Positions 24,386 to 34,718 of a DNA stretch of 64,000 bases are shown here, piece by piece. The position numbers and the translations under genes were made by a program. How positions within the stretch are numbered: position 1 is the first letter of the stretch; every line of letters starts with the position of its first letter. Source of the DNA: Eledone cirrhosa. Its lineage: Eukaryota. The notes below the pieces were generated by a model. It was given only the letters and a program-made list of their open reading frames with translations. It did not search any database and was not told where the DNA came from. The stretch covers positions 252,960,001 through 253,024,000 of the forward strand of contig OZ024743.1 of assembly GCA_964016885.1 (NCBI GenBank). The letters run 5' to 3'.

Positions 24386-26288
24386 ATGGCGGTGCCACGC
24401 CCCCTAGAGGCGGGTCTGCTGTCGTGCAACGGTGACTTGAGCGTTGAGAGGAGAGGTGGGGCGAGGAGCGCCACGAGCACGAGTGTGAGCAGCGACAGTG
24501 CCAGCACCAACGGGCCGAGCGGCGCGGAAGGTGGTAACAACACCAACACCAACAAGCCGAACAGCGCAGAAGGTGGTAATAGCGAGAGCACCAACAAAAC
24601 GAACAGCACAGAGAGTAATAGTAGCGACAGCAGCAGCACCAACAAGGCCAACAGCACAGAGGGTAACCACGACACAGGGGAGAACAACAACAGCAATAGC
24701 AGCAGCAACACCAACAAGAACAACAACAGTGACAACACCAACAAGAACACCTTCGCTGCTGTGGCAGCGGCTAAAAGGAGACCATGCTACAGCATCGACT
24801 TAACCAACAGAGAGTAAAAGTTGGCCCAGGCCTGGAAAATCATAAATCAAGAGCAGACCTGGGCAAACTTAACTGTCCCGGCAGAAGCCATTGAGGCAGT
24901 GGAAAAAAGAACGGTGCATTTCAGATGCATCTCAGTAGAGACAAAGAGGGCAGCGATAATCGCCCAAGCTGATATAGAAGCCGCACTGAAATACATCAGA
25001 GAGGACACAGACTTCATAGAGAGGGGCAGGCAATACGGCACCGTTTCGGTGCTGTTCAAGTCTGAAGCCCTCGCTGTGAAGCATTCAATGACCCCTTGCA
25101 AAACCAGCAAGGTCATAATGTACCCCTCCCACATGGGAAAACGAATAGCACGTGTGCGCATTCCCAGGATTCCACCAGGACTTGATATGTGGTGGATCCT
25201 GGGTTGCGTAATCGTGGAAGGAACGGATACAGTCCCGGTAGAGGCAACGAGAATTGCCAGGGACGACTGGTCCGGGGTTGATCTGGAGATACTGCTCCAA
25301 ATCAGACCCGAAAACGTAAAAGCAATCCCGGACCACATCCGCCTCCAAAACGGGAGGGTGTTGCATATAATGACTGAGGGCAAAAGGCCGCATTGTTTCC
25401 TTTGTGGGGAAATGACACACTTGCGAGCCTTCTGCCCTCAACTGCCGAAAAGCGCAAGGGGTCGAAAGATTCCACTGCTGGCGACGCCGGGACAAGGACC
25501 ACCAGCAACACCGTCAACAATGGAACCACCAAAATTGCACACCCAGGGGGGAAACGAGGAAAGCTCTCCCATTCCCCCTCCCCCCCAAAATACACACACG
25601 AACAAGAACATAAACACTCACTCAGACACAAACACGCTCACAGCCACAGACCCCTCATCCTCCAGCAGTGAAGATGAGGGAAAACCAAAGTCCCCCAAAA
25701 TACAAAAAACAAAACACAAAAAAAAAAGAAATCCACAAAGCACAAACACCCCCACAAAAAAATACACACACCACCCACACAAACATTTTCCCCACAGCAT
25801 CACCAACACAACCACCAAAATCCCCCAAACGCAAACAAGCTAAACAGACACAAGAACAAATAGACACACAAACATCAGAAACTACAGACACCCCACCCAC
25901 AACAAACGCAGACACAATAGAAACAACACTAACAAAGCTATCACCACCACAATCACACGAACAAATAAAACCCGAGCAACAAAACATTAAAAACTTCGTG
26001 CTTGCCAGAAGGGCCAACAAGGAATTGATGGCCCATGTAGCACGAAGCACAAACATCGAAAAAGAGGGGGAAACATTTGAAGCGAGCACATTTCGCGTAC
26101 CAGATAATTTGCTTCTGATGCGAATGTCGCTCGCTTCATACAAAGAAATTCGAAAGAGCTTTCCTCGGGATGTGGGAACCCCGTACGTAAAACCCACTTC
26201 AAGACTATTAAAGGGGTTCCCAAAAGAAACCCCACAAACCATGGAGGTCGAACCACCCGACCTTCACAAGACCTCGGAAGGTAAGTAA
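24386..26288 (+). pseudogene. Tx1 family-C ORF1 (in-frame TAA at 24815-24817; frameshift in A/C runs ~25680-25840)
   Basis: TEGKRPHCFLCGEMTHLRAFC knuckle; same domain order as A. Confidence 0.85.
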
Positions 26289-26317
26289 ACCTTTCCTCTC
26301 CCATTCATCCTGCCAGC

Positions 26318-29300
26318 ATGGCCATAAGAGTAGGAAGTTAAAATGTTCGTGGCCTGGGGTCGCCCTGGAAGCAAGGTCACTTGCTCAACGACCTCAGGTC
26401 ACTAGGAATGGATGTAATTGCCGTCAGCGAGACCAGAATTTCCGACACACGCGCACTGGCGCCGATTTTCGACGATTATCAGATCTTTGCATCTGTTAGT
26501 CGGCCGGGAATGGGAGGTGGAGTGGCTGTGCTGTTTAGGAAATGTCTGGATCTCGAGGTAAGGTCAATCTTCCGGGATCCTGACGGAAAGTTGGTGGTCC
26601 TGGACGTGAGCAATAGCGAAGGTGGTGCCTTTAGACTGGTGGCCGTCTACGCCCCTACTGGGGCCGGTCGGCCGGACTTCTTTAGGCGCCTGGAAAACTT
26701 TCTGCTTACGTCTCGCCCTTTACTGTTAATAGGGGATTGGAATGGCATCTTAGAAGCACGCTGGGATTGTGTGGGAGTATCTGATAGGAGCGGGGGGTGC
26801 AAAAGCCTCAAGTACCTGATCAGCCAGTTTCAACTGTCTGACAGGTACCGACTATATTTCCCTAATGCACCAGTATGGACCTGGACCAATCGCATAGGGT
26901 CATCTAGATCGTACATAGATAGGATTTTCATTAGGAAAAGAGATAGAAATAGTGTAGGATGTCCATATTTTAAAACGGTTGCCTATTCAGATCACAAGCT
27001 TGTGATCTGTATGGTCGACCTAGATAAGACACGTAGGTTAGGACCTAGCTACTGGAAGCTAAACATGTCGTTTCCGGCACGTAAAGCTTACAGGGACCGG
27101 GTCAACAACTTAGTTAAGCAAAAGTTGACAGGGGGGGTTGTCAACAACAGGTGGTGGGGGGCTCTCAAAAGAGTGATTAGAGCAACCTCAATAGGATTTA
27201 GCAAAGAAGTAGCAATAGAGAAAAATAGAAAGGAGGCAGGGCTGATAGCTAAGTTAGACGAGGCTATTTGTAGTGGCATTGCAACAGACGTGCTAGCGGC
27301 GAGAATGGCACTAGACCATTTCTTCAATGCGAAACACGAAGGTTGCATTGTCAGAGCTAAGGCGCGTGCTCTGAGGAACGAGGGAACCAAAGCTGCCCGA
27401 TGGGCTCGCTTTGCAGAGACGCAGCGTGGAAATAAAACCACAATTCGGTCTTTGACGGATCGAGATGGACACGAACTGAGCGATTCCAAGCAGATGTGTG
27501 AGGCCTTTCGCCAGCACTTTGCTCGATTGTTCGGGAGGATGGGTGAGTCGGAGACGGCGGCGGACTTCAGTCCCTACCTCGACGGCTTGCCACGCCTTTC
27601 GACGGCCGACGCTGAGCGCTGCGAAGAGCCGATAACATCAGTCGAAATTCAGGACGCCCTTGTCGGCTGCTCGAGTCACAAGTCACCCGGTTTGGATGGT
27701 CTGCCCTACGAGCTTTACGTAAATATGCCAGACTTGTTCTCCGATCTCCTCGAAGCGCTCTACTGCAACTGGCAGCAGAACGGGAGCATTCCCAGTTCTG
27801 TGAGCCGTGGCGTAGTGACGCTGATAAGGAAAGACGAGAACAAGAGGGACACACTAGATAATTTCAGGCCCATAACCCTGCTCAACACAGAGTTTAAGAT
27901 TTTGGCCAAGGTGTTAGCGAAAAGGTTGGCACTTGTCGTCAAAGATTTGGTTGGGGAGGCGCAAACTTGCGCAATCCCGACCAGGTACATACACGACAAC
28001 CTCCACCTCATGCGATACATCATAGAGAGGGTTGGGTGCAAACCTGGCTTCGGTGGGGCTCTGATCAATTTAGATCAATCGAAAGCATTCGATAGGGTCG
28101 ACCATCGGTACTTGGAGGCTGTCCTCGAGGCGGCTGGCTTCGGCCCCGTCTTCAGAAGCTGGATCGCTGCAATGTACAGCGGCATCTGCTCGGTGGTCAA
28201 AGTTAATGGCCACCTCTCGGAACCGTTTCAGATCTCTCGATCGGCCCGTCAAGGGTGCCCTCTCTCCTCACTTCTGTACGTATTGACTCTTGAGCCTCTA
28301 CTGCGGAAGCTGGAGTTGTTGCAGGGCATCCCGCTCGAACCGGGACGTAGAAAGGCTGCGTCCGCTTATGCGGACGACATCACCGTGATGGTGTCGGACA
28401 TCTCGGAAATCGAGGTGATCCGCACCCATTTGGAGGAATATGAAAGGTTGACGGGAGCAAAACTTAACCCGGAAAAGTCGGTGGGCTTGCAGCTCGGCAC
28501 CTGGAGAGGCAAGTCCATGCCGTCCAACAGCGTCGTTGGGTGCTGGACAGACGGACCGGTAAAGTTGCTCGGGGTTTGGTTCGGACCAGACCTCCAGGTG
28601 GATAAGAATTGGGACGAGGTGACGAGCAGGATAGCCAACCTCACCCAGAAATGGGCTGAGAGAAAGCTATCACTGAAAGGGCGGGCGGAGGTGGCGAACG
28701 CGTACATCGCGTCCGTCATTTACTACCGCCTGACCGTCGTGCCTTGCCCCCGTCCACGCCTCGCCAATTTGGAACGGCTCCTTTTCAAATTTTTGTGGAG
28801 GGGACGGGTCCCGTTGGTGAGGCGGTCCATCTGCTGCCAGCACCCTCTTCGTGGAGGGCTGGGCATGCCGTGGCTAATGATGCGCAGACATGCGCTGAGG
28901 CTGCGACATCTCCAGATATTTTGCCTAAACGGTGAACAGGTGTGGTCGCCGTTTGTTAGACGGGCCTTTCCGCAGCTCATCTCTTTGACTGAGCTGCAGT
29001 CCTGGGTCAAGAAGAGACCGAGACTGGGCGACTGGCATCTGGAATGTTGCCAGGCGCTCACTGCACTCTGCAAGGTGGGCAATGCGGTCAGTGGAACTTC
29101 CACTCAAGATTTCTATAGAGGATTAGTGGAGGGCAAGTACGATGACGTACTAGGAGAGGCTCTAGGCGTCAACGAAGTAGAACTGACCAGTATGTTCCGG
29201 AGGACTTTCGAGCCGGGGACGATGGATAACTTCCAGAAATCCCTCGCTTGGCAGTGCTACCGGGGGGCGCTGCCGGTTCGGGATAAACTCTACAGGCACG

Positions 29301-29737
29301 GAAGTGCTGTCAGACAAACCTGCCCGAGATGCGCGCAGAGCGACGAAACCGTTCTGCACGCACTCGTCCAGTGTCCGTGCATTGCTGACTTGTGGGGTTA
29401 TGTCGAACAGCTATTGTCGCGTGTAGAACGGATCCGGCTATCGTCCGAGTCCATAGTGAAGATTGACCCGCCGCCTTCTTTTGGTCAGGAAGGGCAGGCA
29501 ATTTTCCCCTGCCTGGTGGCAGTAGCGAAAGAGGTTGCATGGTGGACCAGGTTGAAAGGACTGAAGACAGACACTTTTCTCTTCGGCCAATCCCTCATCA
29601 ACTTCTTCAAGTTTCACTTGGAAAGGAAGGTGAGGGTGGAGAGAGAAGTGCTGCCCCCCAGTACATTTACTGAAAGGTGGGTGAATGTGGCGAGAATGGC
29701 CCGCGTGAGTGGGCCTACTCTGATCATGCGCCTGTAG
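26318..29737 (+). CDS. Tx1 family-C ORF2p (APE-RT-zinc finger), 1139 codons, open except TAA at codon 8 (26339-26341)
   Basis: ATG GCC ATA AGA GTA GGA AGT TAA AAT GTT CGT GGC, then in-frame 1118-aa ORF with all EN and RT motifs (GDWN, YSDH, RQGCPLS, YADD). Confidence 0.9.
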
Positions 29738-30005
29738 GCTGGTGAATTCGAGAAGGAGAGGGGTGCCCTTCTCGGGTGCCCTAGGAGCGTCGGGTGGCTC
29801 AGGACTGGTGGAGTGCTTGAGTCAACCCTGGGTGGTGATCCCTCTTATTGGGGAACTTTCATTGTTGTATTTTTATTGTTATTTTGTTTTTTGTTATTTA
29901 TACTTACTCGATCTCTATGTAAACCCCCACTGTCCCTGTCTATTGTGTTGTCCCCTATATGTCGGCCCTTGTGGCCAATAAATGAAATCATTATTATTAT
30001 TATTG

Positions 30006-30191
30006 GCGGTGAATTGGCAGTATTGGTAGAGAGTCGGACGCCATGGTTTGACGCATAGAGTTACGGCCCTTGCCATTCTGAGTTCAAATCCCGCCGAGGT
30101 TAACTTTGCCTTTCATCCTTACGGGGTCGATAAAATAAAGTACCAGTAATGCACTGGGTAATTGCTGGCCTTGTGCCTAAAGTAGAAACAA
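30006..30191 (+). mobile_element. SINE S1 copy
   Basis: Matches 9911-10098. Confidence 0.85.
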
Positions 30192-30251
30192 TTCTTCTTC
30201 TTATTATTATAGTTGCATTTGTCTTGCTTTATGTTCATACGACTTATCACC

Positions 30252-30508
30252 ATGCCACTACCTGCAGCCTCAGATATTCAGGACATATCGGAGGGTTCTT
30301 GCTGTTCCCAGCAAGCATGCCTTTTGAAGCGTTCCAAAAAGCGTGAAGGGGACAATTTTCTTTAACCATCCCTGGAAATTTTTGAGATAGTACCTAGTGC
30401 GCCTATGACAATCGGGACCACTTTGACTTCATGGCAGTTCCAAATCCTTTTTACCTCCCACTTTAAGTCCTGGTATCGGTTAATTTTCTCCTTCTCTTTC
30501 TCTTGCAC
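30252..30508 (-). mobile_element. R4/Dong-type 3' fragment, same family as 10174-10430
   Basis: ATGCCACTACCTGCAGCCTCAGATATTCAGGAC...GAGATAGTACCTAGTGCGCCTATGACAATCGGGACC shared. Confidence 0.85.
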
Positions 30509-30519
30509 TAATTATTATT

Positions 30520-30712
30520 AATATTATTATTATTATTAACACTATTTTTACAAATATGCAACTTAACAATAACCTGCATATCCGCCATTGACAATGCATA
30601 TAAGGCTGAAACCGGTATCGTATATAAATTAATGTTTTAATATTTCACTGAAAGAATCTCTTCAACATTTTCTATTAAAAACACTTTCTTTCTTTCTACT
30701 ATTTGTTTTTAT
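30520..30712 (+). repeat. Right arm of the stack-enclosing inverted repeat
   Basis: Reverse complement of 9407-9589. Confidence 0.9.
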
Positions 30713-30746
30713 ATATATCGACTCGTGTGCTACTTTTCTACATTTG

Positions 30747-30997
<251 letters not shown>

Positions 30998-31005
30998 TGC
31001 TTAAT

Positions 31006-31290
31006 GGTAGTATGATGCTTCCATAGGCGGTATACCAGTTGAGCACTCTATGTTCGTACAGAGCAGAGTGTAATATAATATAAAACGAAAAATCAGTGAT
31101 GCATCTGGACTCAATTTATTGTGTGTTACAATTGTTTCGCCGGCAGACACGATCGTCGAGACACGATCATTGTATGGATCTGTCAGACAGATCCATACAA
31201 TGATCGTGTCTGAAGCTGTCTGCCGGCAAACAATTCTAACACACAATAAAGTGAGTCCAGATGCATCACTGATTCTTCGTTTTATAATAT
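31006..31290. mobile_element. Palindromic copy of repeat family P1 (putative Penelope-like pseudo-LTR) with minus-strand tail
   Basis: Arms 31079-31185 and 31185-31285; shares CAGATGCATCACTGATT and GCATAGAGTGCTCAAC..TACCGCCTATGGAAGCATC with 50383-50727, 51150-51352 and 61455-61668. Confidence 0.7.
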
Positions 31291-31503
31291 ATATATATAT
31301 ATAGTGACTGTACAAAAAGTGTTTTATTATAGTGTATTGAGTTCATGAATTGATGATTTGATCAGAGACACACTGCGTGGAAATTCTGGTAAACTCGCCA
31401 CCTAACTAAGGAGACTTTTTGTTGAGTCAAACAACGCCGTACGTTAAAACTATCTATGGTACAGAGTACTGACAACCTCTAACTGGATTACCTTAAACGA
31501 TAA

Positions 31504-31566
<63 letters not shown>

Positions 31567-31757
31567 GTGGCGGGCTGGGTCTAAATATATTGGTTGTCCG
31601 GAGATGAAGAGGGCCCACCTACATATAGAATGGTATAATTTAATTCTTATAATGAAAAAATCATATTTTCGAAAAATGCATAAGTGGAAACAAAACATGC
31701 ATTTTGCGAATATGCATTTTGCGAATCCAGAGACTTTCAATAAGGAACAGATGTCGA

Positions 31758-32088
31758 CCCTAAATATTACTAATAAATCTAGGAAAGCCATGAACCACAT
31801 CTTTGTAACTTTGATTTTGAAAGTAGGTTTTTAATTATCAATTTTCATTATACTTTTCTAGCTGTTTCGGTGGCCTTGCTGGAGGAATCATAGACGGTGG
31901 TGATCCTCGTCTGAAGTTCGATCTTGGTCAGGATGTTTCTTTCTATTGGTTGTAAAATAAAAACTGAAAAAGGTTACATGCACCTCTTGCCCAGGATTGA
32001 ACCCAACATCTTGATTTCCACCGTCTCTACTTAAGGTCGACTTCTAAATCATTTGGGTGTTCCATAAATTACATCGTAGTTTTGTTCC
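31758..32088. repeat. Interspersed repeat, second copy at 36009-36468
   Basis: CCCTAAATATTACTAATA...GCTGGAGGAATCATAGACGGTGGTGATCCTCGTCTGAAG...AAATCATTTGGGTGTTCCATAAA shared. Confidence 0.8.
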
Positions 32089-32114
32089 TCAACTATCTAG
32101 ACTAAAGGTTCTCA

Positions 32115-32143
32115 AAAATCTACATATATATATATAAATATAC

Positions 32144-32207
<64 letters not shown>

Positions 32208-32266
32208 TTACATGCATACATATATTTATATATATATATATATATATATATAAATCTACATACATA

Positions 32267-32309
<43 letters not shown>

Positions 32310-32324
32310 CTACATACATACATA

Positions 32325-32361
<37 letters not shown>

Positions 32362-32376
32362 CTACATACATACATA

Positions 32377-32421
<45 letters not shown>

Positions 32422-32436
32422 CTACATACATACATA

Positions 32437-32477
<41 letters not shown>

Positions 32478-32532
32478 CTACATACATACATATATTTATA
32501 TATATATATATATAAATCTACATACATACATA

Positions 32533-32575
<43 letters not shown>

Positions 32576-32576
32576 C

Positions 32577-32637
<61 letters not shown>

Positions 32638-32652
32638 CTACATACATACATA

Positions 32653-32687
<35 letters not shown>

Positions 32688-32706
32688 CTACATACATACA
32701 TATATT

Positions 32707-32740
<34 letters not shown>

Positions 32741-32790
32741 CATATAAATCTGCATACATACATATAAATCTACATACATACATATATACA
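32115..32790. repeat. Compound minisatellite AAATCTACATACATACATATATTT(AT)n
   Basis: About 10 units with variable AT run. Confidence 0.9.
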
Positions 32791-32927
32791 TACATACTTT
32801 ACGTATGTATATAGCTATGCATTTGTATATATATACATGCATTTATATTTAAGTGTGTAAGGTTATATATACATACATATATATATATATTTATATAGTG
32901 TGTGTGTGTGTATAATATATACATTAT

Positions 32928-32972
<45 letters not shown>

Positions 32973-32974
32973 CG

Positions 32975-33185
32975 CAGTGTGACAAGAAGCTTGTTTCCCA
33001 ACCACATATTTCCGGGTTCAGTCCCACTGCCCGGGCCGACCAAAGCCCTGTGAGTGGATTTGATAGATCGAAACTAAAAGAAGCCCGTCGTATATATGTA
33101 TATATGTCTGTGTGTGTCTTTACGTTTGTGTTTGCCCTCCCACCAATGCTTGTTGGTTTGTTGACGTCCCCATAACTTACAAAGG
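32975..33185 (+). mobile_element. Second SINE family (S2) fragment
   Basis: GGGTTCAGTCCCACTG B-box-like motif, GACCAAAGCCCTGTGAGTGGATTTG, microsatellite-containing body; decayed minus copy near 47650-47790. Confidence 0.6.
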
Positions 33186-33262
33186 TGATGCTCCAGCATG
33201 GGCGTTGTCCAGAGACAGAAAAAAAGTTAAATATATATATATGTGCGTGTGTGTGTGTAGAA

Positions 33263-33668
33263 GAGGGATCTCAAACTCAAGGACACAAAAGGGCTATTAC
33301 GTCCTGGAGGAGAGGCACAGTGGGCCAAACGTGGTGGTGGGTGAACATTTTCACCAGTTATAATCATTTCTACTATAGGAACTAGGCATGACATTTTGGG
33401 TTTAGGGTTCAGTCGATTGCATCGATCCTAGTACACAACTGGTACTTAATTCATCGACCCCAAAAAGGATGTAAGGCAAAGTTGAGATCGGCGGAATTTG
33501 AACTCAGAACGTAAAAACGGAATAAATAGCTTTAAGCATTTCGCCAGATGTGCTAACGATTCCACCAGCTCGCCGCCTTATTTTCACCAGTTATAATGCG
33601 ATATGAAATTTTGGTTCTACCACGGGCCACAGATAAGTAGTTCGCGGGCCGCATGCGTGAGCCCCCTG
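33263..33668. mobile_element. hAT-type MITE interrupted by a SINE
   Basis: Ends GAGGGATCTCAAACTC / GCGGGCCGCATGCGTGAGCCCCCTG. Confidence 0.5.
33365..33579 (-). mobile_element. S1-related SINE with 18-bp TSD
   Basis: TSD ATTTTCACCAGTTATAAT at 33347-33364 and 33580-33597; TCTGAGTTCAAATTCCGCCGA on minus strand. Confidence 0.85.
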
Positions 33669-33690
33669 TTGGAGATAAATAGATAGATAA

Positions 33691-34431
33691 CTTTCTTTTT
33701 ATTTGCCACCAGGGCATCAAAAAGCGGGACAAGTACAATGGGGGGGGGTACATAAAAAGGCGTCCTCAATAAGGAGGAGGCAATAACAAAATATAAAAAT
33801 AATATATAAAATATAACAAAAATAAATTTAATAACAAAATCCTCAATAGGGAGGAGGCGCCTTGGGGGTCGCACACATCCCCGAAAAAAGTGTGCAACCC
33901 TTCTCCCCAGGAGCACAGAGATGGGGTGCTCCCTTGATCTTTCATCTTCCTCACCTATAGTCTGATGTAGAGTGAAGGCCCATTCACACGGGCCATTCTC
34001 ATCACTTTCACCCATCTTTCATAAAAACGGCTGGGGGGAAGCACCTCTCTCACCATCCCGATCCTTCTTCCGAAATGATATCGGAAGAAACGGACCAGTT
34101 GTTGGCCAGAGAGAAAGGTGTCTGACCTCAGTCCTTTCAGACGCGTCCAACATACAACCTCTTTCGCCATGGCTATTACGCACAGAAACACCGCCTCTTC
34201 ATCGTCACAATAGACTCGGTGGTCAACCGGATCGGTCCCACCCTTGACAGCAGTTGTTCGACATAGCCCCACAGATCTGCAATGCCCGAGCAGTGTACCA
34301 ATGCGTATGCAACGGTTTCCTCGTCGCACACGCATCTGGGACAGATCTTTTTCGAGGTGTCCCTACCCGGGCGTCCGTGTCTGTAGAGCCTTTCTCGAAC
34401 GGGCAGAGCCTCTCGGTAGCACTGCCAGGCT
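33691..34431 (-). mobile_element. 5'-truncated Tx1 element, family D, flanked by (GATA)n
   Basis: LAWQCYREALPVRERLYRHG...CPRC..ETVAYALVHC; 3' end CCCTGGTGGCAAATAAAAAGAAAG; GATA repeats at 33674-33690 and 34431-34450. Confidence 0.85.
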
Positions 34432-34681
34432 AGATAGATAGATAGATAGACGTGTACCAAATACACTCACATTTCTTACTCTCTCTGCCCCTCCCTCTTT
34501 ACCTCTTCATTATATGTGTGTGTGTTTGTGTGTGTGTGGAGCGTTGTTATTTGGCGTTGTTGAAAAGAGCTGTGGATTTTGACCTGGCAATAAAAAACTG
34601 GAGTCAAAATTCTTTCTGTACCAAGGCACACACACACACACACACACACACACAAGTTTGTGTGTGTGTATGTATATATAG

Positions 34682-34718
<37 letters not shown>

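Larger units (their letters stand above)
24176..29989 (+). mobile_element. Full-length Tx1 element, family C
   Basis: 5'UTR, ORF1, ORF2, AATAAA 29977-29982; (ATT)n on both sides. Confidence 0.95.

Noticed and set aside
12873-29540. Many antisense and alternate-frame ORFs within the Tx1 elements, some recurring between copies
   Set aside because: Shadow ORFs of GC-rich coding sequence; they recur because the sense ORF2 is homologous
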